From positions 139,840-203,839 of the forward strand of contig OY776510.1 of NCBI GenBank assembly GCA_963675665.1: a stretch of DNA of 64,000 nucleotides, read 5' to 3'. The notes below the pieces were generated by a model, which was given only the letters and a program-made list of their open reading frames with translations, did not search any database and was not told the DNA's origin. This DNA is from Spirochaetia bacterium (GTDB lineage: Bacteria; Spirochaetota; Spirochaetia; UBA9216). Positions 1 to 9,234 of the stretch are shown here, one piece after another. A program made the position numbers and the translations under genes. Numbering within the stretch: position 1 is the first letter of the stretch; every line of letters starts with the position of its first letter.

Positions 1-46
1 GAAGTTCCGGGTTTTGGGAAAGTCCCGGAAACTTCAATCTTCACTA

Positions 47-1210
47 TTAAATAACCGGCCCAAGGCAGTAAAAGTCCATGGACTTTGTATATCTGATGGC
101 CTCGCCCTTGTTGGTTTCTCCGGAAGCAATCCTGAGAAGCAGTTCAAAGGTTTCCTCGCCTACTTCCTCTATGGATTTTTCACCTGTAACAATTCGTCCG
201 GCATTTATATCCATATCACCCTGCATACGCTCGTAGGTAACAGGATTGCCGCAGATTTTAACAACCGGTACTACAGGAAATCCCTGGGGGGCGCCGCGGC
301 CTGTTGAAAAAAGAATTACCTGGGCCCCGCCGACGGCCATTCCGGAAAGAAGCTCTATTTCACGGCCCGGCGAATCCTTTATCCAGAGGCCTTTTCCTGA
401 GGGCTGCTGCGTATAATCAATCACACCTTCAATTGTTTTTGAGCCTGATTTCACGATTGCACCAAGTGATTTTTCCTCGATTGTACTGAGCCCGCCTTCT
501 ATATTTCCCGGTGTAGGCTGGCCTTTACGCATGTCGACACCAATCGCTTTTGCACGGGCTTCCATTTCGTCTACAATCCGCTTGATTTCCGAAGAGACAA
601 AATCGTTTTTTGCCCGTCTCTGCAGAATATGTTCCGCTCCTATGAATTCCGTAGTCTCACCGAATATTACGGTTCCGCCCAGATCTACAACCTTGTCCGC
701 AACATATCCGATAACCGGGTTTGAAGCCACACCGGAGGTTGTATCGGAAGCGCCGCATTTTATACCCATAACGAAGGTCGACATGTCAACCTCAGTTCTC
801 TGCTGACCGGAAATCTGCATTACAAGTTTCTGGGCCTTATCAATCCCTTCCTTGATTGCAATACTTGTTCCGCCGAGTTCCTGGATATTTATTCTCTCTA
901 CAGGTTTGCCAGTGGCCCTGAGTTCGGCTTCAAGCCTGTCGGTATCAACTCCTTCACAGCCGAGACTGACAATCAGGGATGCGCCGACATTGGGGTTTTT
1001 ACCTATGCCTATCAGACACTCGGTAATCCTTTCAAGATCAGGAGGCGTCTGGCAGCATCCCTGATGGTGAATAATCCCCTGGGTCATAACTGTATTCGCC
1101 ACAATGCTTTCAACTACCTCATTCGCACATACGACCGAAGGTATTACCGCAACATGGTTCCGACTGCCTACAGAGCCGTCTTTTCTGATATATCCTGTAT
1201 AGGTAATCAT
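47..1210 (-). CDS. uxaA: UxaA-family altronate/galactarate dehydratase, large catalytic subunit (C-terminal part of a split UxaA)
   Basis: The 387-aa product starts with MITYTGYIRKDGSVGSRNHVAVIPSVVCANE, typical of the region that follows the SAF domain in UxaA/GarD hydro-lyases. Together with the upstream 105-aa SAF ORF it makes about 492 aa, close to single-chain UxaA length. The two ORFs overlap by 4 nt (ATGA). Confidence 0.8.
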   Translation of the reverse strand: MITYTGYIRKDGSVGSRNHVAVIPSVVCANEVVESIVANTVMTQGIIHHQGCCQTPPDLERITECLIGIGKNPNVGASLIVSLGCEGVDTDRLEAELRATGKPVERINIQELGGTSIAIKEGIDKAQKLVMQISGQQRTEVDMSTFVMGIKCGASDTTSGVASNPVIGYVADKVVDLGGTVIFGETTEFIGAEHILQRRAKNDFVSSEIKRIVDEMEARAKAIGVDMRKGQPTPGNIEGGLSTIEEKSLGAIVKSGSKTIEGVIDYTQQPSGKGLWIKDSPGREIELLSGMAVGGAQVILFSTGRGAPQGFPVVPVVKICGNPVTYERMQGDMDINAGRIVTGEKSIEEVGEETFELLLRIASGETNKGEAIRYTKSMDFYCLGPVI

Positions 1211-1524
1211 TCTGCTGCTCCCTCTTTTTCCCAGTCTCCGCGTCCGCGGATACTGTCGATGTTTTGAATGTGCACATGCTCTCCGGGTTTAATAGGCTTT
1301 GTTGCGATTCCTATTTCTTCACCGTATTTTGTAACCTGCTCTTTTATCCCTATTTCTTTCAGGGCAATTTTATGCCCATAGGGAATATCATTGAGTACTT
1401 TAACCTCAAAACTGTTTCCGTTCTTTTCCATTACGGTCACAGCGCTTCCTGCCGAAGCAGTACCGAACAGGGTTGCAACATTGTCATCATCATGATTTTT
1501 TATTGCTTTTACCATTTCCTGCAT
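1207..1524 (-). CDS. SAF-domain small subunit of UxaA-family dehydratase
   Basis: 105 aa, MQEMVKAIKNHDDDNVATLF...HVHIQNI, resembling the SAF/N-terminal domain of altronate dehydratase. It is translationally coupled to the large subunit through an ATGA overlap. Confidence 0.75.
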   Translation of the reverse strand: MQEMVKAIKNHDDDNVATLFGTASAGSAVTVMEKNGNSFEVKVLNDIPYGHKIALKEIGIKEQVTKYGEEIGIATKPIKPGEHVHIQNIDSIRGRGDWEKEGAAE

Positions 1525-1526
1525 TA

Positions 1527-2801
1527 CTATGCTCTCCTTACTATTACGCCGACACCGTCGGGGATAACCGTTATTCCAGCATCTTCGCCCTTTAAACTGC
1601 GTGCTGTACTTAAAGCATCCTCTATGGAATCAGCGTAGATAAAATTCATCTGTTCAACTGTTTTTTTGTCCAGACCATCCGAAACAAGAATTATCGTGTA
1701 TCTGCAAAGAGCATCTGAAAATCTCTGTGCACACCATTGTTCCGATATTGTCTTCTCAGGCGGGATCAAAAGAATTCGCTCCAGCAACTCCTGCGGCGGC
1801 GCCGACAGCATTAATTCACCGAAATTTTCGCCGCCTAGCCCCTCTGAACATTCGGCGGCCAGTATTATTACAGCATTCTCATTGGCACAGGCCAGCGCCG
1901 CATCAAGACCTTTCGGACATTGATAAAGGTTTTGATCAAGCGGATAGCCTCCGTTTGAAGTAACGACAATATCGGCCTTAACGGCATCTACCCCGCACCG
2001 GTCCATAAGGCTTGCACAGCCTGCCTTATGGGCTTCCCCGACATCGCCGCAGTAGGCTTCGATAATTTTCTTTTCATCATCAAGAAGAACGTTGCATATA
2101 AAAGCCAGATTCGCCATGCGCGCCGCTCTTATCATGTCCTCGTGAATCGGATTACCGTCCAGAACTCCTGTTGCCGCACCCGAATGTTTTATCGCATCCG
2201 CGCTGTGATTGATATTTACACAGTCCTGAGAGGCAATCCCCGGCAGCACACTTTTTCTGCCGCCGGAGTATCCTGCAAAAAAATGAGGTTCTATGAAACC
2301 TTCAGCTACAAGCAGATCAGCCTCTATGGCAATTTTGTTTATCTCGCATTTGCTGCCCGACGGCAGAGTTCCAAGGTTTATGAAACTGCTTTTATCGAAC
2401 GCATTATGATTAAGAATCTTCTCATTCTCAAAGATCTCGTCGCTGAAACGTTCCCTCATTTCTTCTTCAGTCATTCCCCGGTGCAGACCGGTTGCTACAA
2501 GAATTGAAATGTCGGCATCCGGGTTGCCTTTTCTTATTTCATCCAGCAACAGGGGCATTGTTATTCTGCTTGGAACAGCCCTTGTATGGTCGCTGGTAAT
2601 AATCACAATCTTTTTTTTACCTGCCGCCAGGGTATGGAGAGGTTCCGTTCCGATCGGATTCGCCAGAGCTTCAAGAACAATCCCACTTTCGGATAAATCC
2701 GAAGGCACTGCCTCTCCGCCTGTTAATACCGCTTTCAGATACCGCTTCTCGAGTTCACATTTAATTGTTCCCCGACCGTATACAAGATTTATTTGTTCCA
2801 T
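1527..2801 (-). CDS. LarA-family nickel-pincer-nucleotide-dependent 2-hydroxyacid racemase/epimerase homolog
   Basis: The 424-aa product is collinear with Lactobacillus plantarum LarA as I recall it: SDHTRAVPS (His108 region), HFFAGYSGGRKSVLPGIAS (the cofactor-tethering Lys184 motif), NINHS (His200 region) and SNGGYPLDQNLYQ. Its stop lies 3 nt from the start of the SAF subunit gene. Confidence 0.8.
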   Translation of the reverse strand: MEQINLVYGRGTIKCELEKRYLKAVLTGGEAVPSDLSESGIVLEALANPIGTEPLHTLAAGKKKIVIITSDHTRAVPSRITMPLLLDEIRKGNPDADISILVATGLHRGMTEEEMRERFSDEIFENEKILNHNAFDKSSFINLGTLPSGSKCEINKIAIEADLLVAEGFIEPHFFAGYSGGRKSVLPGIASQDCVNINHSADAIKHSGAATGVLDGNPIHEDMIRAARMANLAFICNVLLDDEKKIIEAYCGDVGEAHKAGCASLMDRCGVDAVKADIVVTSNGGYPLDQNLYQCPKGLDAALACANENAVIILAAECSEGLGGENFGELMLSAPPQELLERILLIPPEKTISEQWCAQRFSDALCRYTIILVSDGLDKKTVEQMNFIYADSIEDALSTARSLKGEDAGITVIPDGVGVIVRRA

Positions 2802-2903
2802 ATATCAATGTTCCATGTGTTATGCATCATGTATACATTATACCTGAAAAATAAATCCTGTCAAATTCTTTAGTCATTCAAACCGAAAACTCTATCCTGA
2901 ATT

Positions 2904-3578
2904 TTACTTAAGAAGGGAATTATTTTTAATATTGCGAAGTATTTCTTCTCTGGCAAGGGTCAGATGATTATCGCATGACGCAACAGCGGCGGCTTTATCC
3001 TTTTTCAGCAGATTGTCGATAATATCGGTATGCTCCCTGATGGAGTCATAAAACCGGTTCTGTTTTGACAAAGCAAGAACCCTGAACGGACTCACCATCA
3101 TGGAAACCTTATCAAGGGCTTCTTTTATTACCTTGTTACCGGAAATCTCAACAAGATACTCGTGAAACTCAGCATCTGTCGCAAGGTATTCCTTCATATC
3201 AGAAATATCACCATGCTCAATAAAAGTTTTCCTGAATTTCTTAAGCCGGGATATAATGCTGTCGTCCAGTTTGTCAACTATCTTCTCAACAGCAAATTTT
3301 TCTATAATCAGCCTGAATTCATACGACTCATTAATGTCCCGTACCGTAAACTGTTTTACACAGACATATTTATTGGGAATACTCTGAAGAAAACCTTCCC
3401 CTACAAGCTGATTGATTGCATTTCGAACAGGAGACCTGCTTACTTCCAGTTTTTCGGCGATCTGGACTTCCTGAATACGTTCACCGGGCTTGAGCTCACC
3501 GTTGAGAATGCCCGCTTTAAGGACTTCATAAACCTGATCTTTAATTGTTGAAGCTATTTTTGTATTACCAATACCCAT
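2904..3578 (-). CDS. GntR-family transcriptional regulator (FCD-type C-terminal domain)
   Basis: The N-terminus has a winged HTH (VYEVLKAGILNGELKPGERIQEVQIAEKLEVSRSPVRNAINQL) followed by a helical effector domain. I chose the internal ATG (MGIGNT...) as the start because the HTH then sits at its typical position. The longest ORF would start at 3605. Confidence 0.7.
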   Translation of the reverse strand: MGIGNTKIASTIKDQVYEVLKAGILNGELKPGERIQEVQIAEKLEVSRSPVRNAINQLVGEGFLQSIPNKYVCVKQFTVRDINESYEFRLIIEKFAVEKIVDKLDDSIISRLKKFRKTFIEHGDISDMKEYLATDAEFHEYLVEISGNKVIKEALDKVSMMVSPFRVLALSKQNRFYDSIREHTDIIDNLLKKDKAAAVASCDNHLTLAREEILRNIKNNSLLK

Positions 3579-3620
3579 GAATAAACAATAAACAAAAAGA
3601 ACCATCTGGGCAAGATAAAA

Positions 3621-4910
3621 TTAATTATCGTCCTCTTCCTCAAAAACCATATCGTAAAGAGTATGATGCCGGTTAACCTGAAAGCCGATTACTGCCGCAA
3701 GACCGGCAGGAAGACTGTAATACATGCCGAACAATTCGATCGTCAACACACTTACAGCAATCGGCGTATTCATCGTACTTGAAAAAACTCCGGCAAACCC
3801 GGCAGCCAATAATGCAAAATAATTCGGGGTGCCGGCAGAAATGCCAAAGAATGATGCAAACGCAGCCCCGGCAAGAAGGCCTATGAGCATTGACGGGCCG
3901 GCAAATCCGGCGCTCATACCAGAGCCCACTGTCAGGGAATTAGCTGCCGCCTTCAGGATCATAAGCAGGATTATAACCAGGAAAAGAGGCGCCGAATTGC
4001 TTATATTACCGTAGAGAAGATTGAAATCGCCCTCAAACACCGCCCTGAAAATATCGGGGCTTGTTCCGGCCAGAGCGGGATTTAAAAAATATACTGCAAA
4101 GAAAGCTGCGGTTGAACCGATTACCGCACGGACGGCAACACCGCAATGGGAAAGCTTGTGATCACGGTGAAACATGCGTGAGACCAGCGCGTAAAGCAAT
4201 GTAAAGCCGCGCCCTGCAAAACCTGCCGCAACGCTGAGCAGCAGAATAATTCCAGCTATTCGAAGATCGATCAATCCCCCGACGGCGTTCAGTGAAAACA
4301 TGGGCTTAAAACCAAAAAACCTTGATGTATAAACACTTACCGTGCTGGCAAGAATCGCCGGAAAGAGCTGCCTGTAACGCATACTGGATTTCTGCATAAT
4401 TTCCACGGCAAAGATTCCTGCGCCTATCGGGCTGTGAACAAGCGCGCCGAATGCCGCGGCAAGCCCGCAGATTGGAAAAAGCGGTTTGTGTTCCGCTGAT
4501 ATTATTTTACCGGGAATAATCCTGTACAGTGCAGACATTATACCGGCGGAAACCCGCCCGCCGGGACCGAGGAATCCCCCGTTTCCGAATGTTCCGAGCG
4601 TCAATAGCGCTGCCCAAAATTTAAAAAATGTTTCCGAGACGGACATTTCGCCGCCTCTTTCCCTCAGGCTTATAATATACGAAGGCATTCCTTCGCCCTT
4701 TGCCCGCGGTTCTATCCTGTAGATTAGCAGGCTGACTACTGCAGCTCCGGCCACCGGCCATATAAAAACCGGAACCGCGTTTACCGATCTTAAAAAACCC
4801 GACAGACAGCCGTAAAAAGCAAGAAATATATGAATAGTGATACTTCCTGTAATGCCGGCTATACACGCGATGATCAGCCATTGAAACAGAAAAATATATG
4901 ATTTTTTCAT
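3621..4910 (-). CDS. ClC-family chloride channel / H+-Cl- exchanger
   Basis: 429 aa with about 10 TM segments. It carries ClC-like selectivity motifs (KGEGMP, GGFLGPGG, GxFAP-like) and repeated G-rich helices. Confidence 0.65.
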   Translation of the reverse strand: MKKSYIFLFQWLIIACIAGITGSITIHIFLAFYGCLSGFLRSVNAVPVFIWPVAGAAVVSLLIYRIEPRAKGEGMPSYIISLRERGGEMSVSETFFKFWAALLTLGTFGNGGFLGPGGRVSAGIMSALYRIIPGKIISAEHKPLFPICGLAAAFGALVHSPIGAGIFAVEIMQKSSMRYRQLFPAILASTVSVYTSRFFGFKPMFSLNAVGGLIDLRIAGIILLLSVAAGFAGRGFTLLYALVSRMFHRDHKLSHCGVAVRAVIGSTAAFFAVYFLNPALAGTSPDIFRAVFEGDFNLLYGNISNSAPLFLVIILLMILKAAANSLTVGSGMSAGFAGPSMLIGLLAGAAFASFFGISAGTPNYFALLAAGFAGVFSSTMNTPIAVSVLTIELFGMYYSLPAGLAAVIGFQVNRHHTLYDMVFEEEDDN

Positions 4911-4935
4911 TCAGCTGTGCAATTCCTGATTCATT

Positions 4936-7101
4936 TCAGAATTTAAGCTTGCTTCCAAGCGTACTTTTTAATGTCTCCGCGGCATCTTCCGCGGCCTTTT
5001 CAACCTCATCGGGGACCGCATCCTGAAGCAATTTTTCCGCCTGTTTTGCGATATTGTCCTTTACCGACTGTTCAATTTCAGCAATTTTGTCATCAGCCAT
5101 CGATCTGTATTTATCGAGTTCCTGTTCATAATTTCTGATTTTATCAGCATAGGACTCAAACTGCTCCCTTGCCGAATCGAACTCCCGGAGCGGTTCTGCG
5201 AGCTCAGCGTCCAGATAATCCTTCAGCATCTGTAACCCCTCATCAGCGCCCTCTTTCAGCATGGCTGAAGCAGCATTGCCGAGGCTGTCATCCAGTTCGG
5301 TTTCAACCGAAATATCAAAACCGGTGCTATCGTTCCAGGTAAAACTGCCGATCGCCGTCAGGGGTTTTACCGATTCAAGGCTGGTGTTGACAAGCCTGTA
5401 TAAAAGTCCCTCCGGTTTTTCTGACTCGAGATTAAGCTCAACTGCTTCCAGACCGAAATCACCGGCAAATCCGTCTTCGTTCCACCCAAGGCCACTGTCA
5501 AGCGACAGCGAACCGGAAAATACGGAAATATCAAGCGCCGACAGGCTGCCGCCCAAATCAAACGGCACGGAAGGCACATCAAGCGTAAGGCTGCTCTCGG
5601 TAATCAGGGCTTCCGCGGCTCCTGTCGCCGGGGTATCTATCCCGATTTCGAGGCTGGTTTCGTTTTCCCATTTGTCCGGTTCGCTTACCAGATCATTTAA
5701 AGACAGGTTATAACTCAACCCTGGCTCTTCACCGGAAGCAAAAGCATGAACCAGAACAAAGCCCGGCGGGGCGTCTGCCGGAGGGGGAAGACTTCTGCCG
5801 GGCCTTCTTTTCTCCGGAGACTTTTCCTTTTTAAGATCTGAAAGACGTTTAAAACGTCCGTACCACTCAAGGCCGCGATCCAGGTACGACAGGTATTTCT
5901 GAAGCGGTGCGGACAGCTTTTCTTCAAGAATTGAAGCCGCCCAGTCAACCTTCTCACCGGCCGGCAATGTAACAAGACCTTCAATATAGTCATAATCGTT
6001 CGAGATTGCAGTCTTTATTGCATCAATCATTGATGAGGCTTCATTAATCCCGGCTTCAACGGCAGCCAAATCGTTTGCTGCGGATGAGTAATCCTGTTCC
6101 GCATCATTATATATCTTTTCAAGCTTTGAGATTGTGGACTGTGCGCTTTCAAGGGTCTGAAAGGAACCGGCGTTTACCGTTTTGATGTAATTAACGGAAG
6201 TCTCCCAGCCGTCAATCCTTGATTCCCATTCCCCGGCCTTGCCCTCCCACTGCCCTGCGTAGCCTTCAACTTTCATCTTTGAATCTTCAAGAACTGTAAA
6301 ACTTTCAAGGTTTTCCTTCTGCTGCGCAAGAATCTCTTCAACGTCGATTTCCCCGGCAATGGCCCCAAGCTGGTTGACAACATCCGTAATGGAATCCTTT
6401 CCGGCAGACACCAGTTTCCCGGCGGCCCCCTGCTTCTGATTTCCGGAAGACGCCTTGTCCGAATCTTCCGGTACAGCATCTCCGTCTTTGTCCGCAGGCG
6501 CTCCCGTTTCGGGAGCAGGAAGCAGCCCTGATTCGGCTCTTTCAGTGCCCCGCTTCAGTCCTGAAAACCCAAGCTCCTCTATAAGAACCCGGCCCTGAAG
6601 AAGTTCCGCCGTATCAAGATCAGCAGTAACCGATGAACATTCAAAAAGATTTTTCATAGGGTTCTGCGCGTCCGCTACAGCAAAGTATTCGAGCGAAAAT
6701 TCACCCTTGAAGATTGAAAGCTCAACGCCGTCCGTATCAACCTGTGCGAGAAATATCTTTTCAAGTTGAGTTTCCAGCAATCTCTGAACAAGCATATTCT
6801 TCAGATAGAATTCAAAGAAGACTATACCGCCTGCAACAATCACCAAGATAAAGATGAGTATGAAATTAAGACGCTTCCTGTTCTGTTTTATCGCTTTTCC
6901 GAGGGCTTTCAGTCGTTTCAGATCTTTTTTGGACAAACCCTCTGCATTCACCCTTACCATGCCGTTTTCTTCAACCAGCAGCGATTCAAGAAATTTCCGG
7001 TCCTCCGGCAGGTAAATTTTCTTTATATACTTTTTTTCCCATTTCTTCTTATCAACAGCCTTTGAAAATATTCCGGGCGCTTTCCTTTTTTTATCAGCCA
7101 T
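4936..7101 (-). CDS. Large membrane-anchored coiled-coil protein of unknown function
   Basis: 721 aa. It has a Lys-rich N-terminus, a single TM segment (LNFILIFILVIVAGGIVFF), then long acidic coiled-coil regions. It lies immediately downstream of the DUF2062 gene. Confidence 0.5.
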   Translation of the reverse strand: MADKKRKAPGIFSKAVDKKKWEKKYIKKIYLPEDRKFLESLLVEENGMVRVNAEGLSKKDLKRLKALGKAIKQNRKRLNFILIFILVIVAGGIVFFEFYLKNMLVQRLLETQLEKIFLAQVDTDGVELSIFKGEFSLEYFAVADAQNPMKNLFECSSVTADLDTAELLQGRVLIEELGFSGLKRGTERAESGLLPAPETGAPADKDGDAVPEDSDKASSGNQKQGAAGKLVSAGKDSITDVVNQLGAIAGEIDVEEILAQQKENLESFTVLEDSKMKVEGYAGQWEGKAGEWESRIDGWETSVNYIKTVNAGSFQTLESAQSTISKLEKIYNDAEQDYSSAANDLAAVEAGINEASSMIDAIKTAISNDYDYIEGLVTLPAGEKVDWAASILEEKLSAPLQKYLSYLDRGLEWYGRFKRLSDLKKEKSPEKRRPGRSLPPPADAPPGFVLVHAFASGEEPGLSYNLSLNDLVSEPDKWENETSLEIGIDTPATGAAEALITESSLTLDVPSVPFDLGGSLSALDISVFSGSLSLDSGLGWNEDGFAGDFGLEAVELNLESEKPEGLLYRLVNTSLESVKPLTAIGSFTWNDSTGFDISVETELDDSLGNAASAMLKEGADEGLQMLKDYLDAELAEPLREFDSAREQFESYADKIRNYEQELDKYRSMADDKIAEIEQSVKDNIAKQAEKLLQDAVPDEVEKAAEDAAETLKSTLGSKLKF

Positions 7102-7110
7102 TAAGTCCTC

Positions 7111-7641
7111 CTAGTACACTTCGCTGAACTGCCTGACCGCGGCAATCAGCTTTCCGAGAACAGGGGCTTTCTTTAAGGCGTTTATGAATTTTGATTTTGC
7201 TATCCTGGGCGAAATCTTCTCCCGGAAAAGTACAATTATCAGCCTTGCAAGAAAAAATAAAGGCAGCCACGCCGCAACGCCCGCTATAAGCCCGCCGACC
7301 ATCAGCGAATCATTCAACCCCAGGTATATCAGCCCGGGAATATCATTAATTCTGTATACGAAGGCGGATACAGTCTCCGATTGAAGTATTCTCCAGCCCA
7401 CAGGTTCGGTAAAAGTATCAATTAAAGGGACAATCCACTTAAAAAGCGCTATAAAAACAATCTCAAAGCCCCAGTTAAGCCTGGCAATGAGACTTATTAT
7501 AAACAGAACCGGCCAGAGCAGGTTTATTGAAGGAACAAGCGCCAGTAAAAAGGCAACAGCAACAGCGGCCGCTACAGCCCCCGGTTTTGAGTTCGAATTA
7601 AGCGCCGCAATCAATTTTGCAACAGGTCTGATAAAAAACAT
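7111..7641 (-). CDS. DUF2062-like small membrane protein
   Basis: 176 aa with SKPGAVAAAVAVAFLLALVP followed by a second hydrophobic hairpin, resembling DUF2062/TIGR03546-type proteins. There is a 9-nt gap to the downstream large gene. Confidence 0.5.
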   Translation of the reverse strand: MFFIRPVAKLIAALNSNSKPGAVAAAVAVAFLLALVPSINLLWPVLFIISLIARLNWGFEIVFIALFKWIVPLIDTFTEPVGWRILQSETVSAFVYRINDIPGLIYLGLNDSLMVGGLIAGVAAWLPLFFLARLIIVLFREKISPRIAKSKFINALKKAPVLGKLIAAVRQFSEVY

Positions 7642-7690
7642 TTTAAAACCTCACTTTATGTGATTATACCCCGGGCGGCAGCAGCCCGGC

Positions 7691-7731
7691 AAATAAAAAA
7701 GCTGTCTTAAATCCTGCGGGACAAAGACAGC
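7691..7731 (-). terminator. Rho-independent terminator downstream of the 7753..8124 gene
   Basis: On the minus strand, the hairpin gctgtctt / aagacagc (8 bp, 15-nt loop) is followed by a U-rich tract (the reverse complement of aaataaaaaa). Confidence 0.55.
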
Positions 7732-7752
7732 CTGGATTTCACTCAGCTAAAA

Positions 7753-8124
7753 TCAGCTTTTAAAAGGTAAATCTGTCTTGTAGTTTTCTCCCCATTCGGT
7801 ATCAATCGTCATTTCAAGATCAAGGTTTGTAGGGGGTTTCAGAAATTCGTAGTCCCTTCCGCTTTCTGCACATGAGAATTTAAGTGTGATCCCGTCCAGG
7901 GCTACTGAGACCTTAAAATTGGTAATGGTTTTCCCGCGAAAATCATAGTAAACACCGCCGTCGGCATCAAGAATTCTTATATTGTTTGAGCTGAATTCCC
8001 AGTAGGCATCATAGTTCTCATCCACCCATTTACCGAGAGGAAACTCGCCAAGTTCAATCCCCTGGGCAAAAGCCCCGACAGAAACAGCAATCAGTACCAT
8101 AGAAATAATTAAAATCTTTTTCAT
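7753..8124 (-). CDS. Small secreted protein (signal peptide), unknown function
   Basis: 123 aa. MKKILIISMVLIAVSVGAFAQG is a classical Sec signal. Confidence 0.5.
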   Translation of the reverse strand: MKKILIISMVLIAVSVGAFAQGIELGEFPLGKWVDENYDAYWEFSSNNIRILDADGGVYYDFRGKTITNFKVSVALDGITLKFSCAESGRDYEFLKPPTNLDLEMTIDTEWGENYKTDLPFKS

Positions 8125-8229
8125 AATTTGCCCCTTCCTTAAACAGTTTCATTAATTATAAAACACTTGATGAGGTATTTCTATTTCTTTTTCTACCATA
8201 TATTTCAATTTATGGAGAAAATATAACAC

Positions 8230-9234
8230 TCAGCCGAGAATATCCGATTCCACCGTCTTCAGCATCCGTGAAACTTCGTCGCGGTCGGCGGAATAATAGA
8301 TCCTTTTGCGTTCTCCCCGCTGGTAGCCTACCAGGTTCAGATTACTCAGCTTGCTCATATGATATGATACCGTAGCCGAAGTAAGATCAAGTTCATCGGC
8401 CAGTTCCCTGATAAACCACGGTTTCCGGCACAGCATGCGCAGAATAGTCCGCCTGCTTTCATCTGCAAGAAGACTGTAAATTTGATCCAGCGGAAGAGAA
8501 AATTCCCGAACAAGATCTTTCCGCCGCCGTCCGTAAACAATTGCCTGGGGGTTATCCAACTGGATAATGTCCGTTTCATCGTAGTAACTGATATAAATTT
8601 CCTGCCCTGCATCATCTTCAGAATAATTAATATGAAATACTTCCGAATAGAATGCAGCCGGATCCTGCTCAAACAGCAGTTGCTCCTCTGAAAGTTCCTT
8701 CTTCATCAGATCAAGCACTGCCTTTTCATACGGCGCTATTGCCGCGCTGTAAAAATCCTCCATAATTATAACCAGTCTTTGCCGGATGACATCCGGCCTG
8801 TGATAAAAGTCAAGAAAAAACTCAGGTTCATTCGCCCTGGTTGTCCCGCCTGCTTTTTGGATAGCATTTATAATTTTTTCAGGCTCATCCTTTACCGAGT
8901 TGAAATCTATATCGGTTTTATATGAATTAAAAAGTCTTTCAGGCAGACCGGCGGAAGGTAATTCTTTGAATGTTTTTATCAATTCAGCCGGTGAATTTAT
9001 TTCATTTTGTAAGGCTGTCTCGACAGGCAGGAACAAGAGTCCCAGAAAATTAGTGACGAGATATCGAATATCATTGTCGAGCAGACCCGGCAGATTCGAC
9101 TTTGCTGTTCTGTACCACTTCTCAAGTTCGGAACTGACACGGTATCCGGGAATATTAACCGCAAATTCATCCCAGTGTGCATACTGAAGCAATGCACAGC
9201 ACAGATCCACTGCCGGATTATATCTTATCTTCAT
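8230..9234 (-). CDS. ArsR-family transcriptional regulator with a long uncharacterised N-terminal domain
   Basis: The C-terminus (RRTILRMLCRKPWFIRELADELDLTSATVSYHMSKLSNLNLV) is an ArsR/SmtB-type winged HTH. The roughly 240 aa upstream have no recognisable motif. The gene overlaps the MFS gene by 17 nt. Confidence 0.65.
   Translation of the reverse strand: MKIRYNPAVDLCCALLQYAHWDEFAVNIPGYRVSSELEKWYRTAKSNLPGLLDNDIRYLVTNFLGLLFLPVETALQNEINSPAELIKTFKELPSAGLPERLFNSYKTDIDFNSVKDEPEKIINAIQKAGGTTRANEPEFFLDFYHRPDVIRQRLVIIMEDFYSAAIAPYEKAVLDLMKKELSEEQLLFEQDPAAFYSEVFHINYSEDDAGQEIYISYYDETDIIQLDNPQAIVYGRRRKDLVREFSLPLDQIYSLLADESRRTILRMLCRKPWFIRELADELDLTSATVSYHMSKLSNLNLVGYQRGERKRIYYSADRDEVSRMLKTVESDILG

Noticed and set aside
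1-35. Bulged 11-bp hairpin (gaagttccggg...cccggaaacttc) just beyond the uxaA stop
   Set aside because: It could be the uxaA terminator, but the downstream U-tract would lie outside the window, so I cannot support a call.
14-307. 97-aa + strand ORF at the left edge
   Set aside because: It lies entirely antisense inside the well-supported UxaA large-subunit gene and has no motif or RBS.
47-1524. Possibility that the two-ORF UxaA is a frameshifted single gene
   Set aside because: The junction is a clean ATGA overlap with both ORFs full length and in good context. Two-gene (SAF plus catalytic) UxaA arrangements are known. I treat it as a genuine split rather than a pseudogene.
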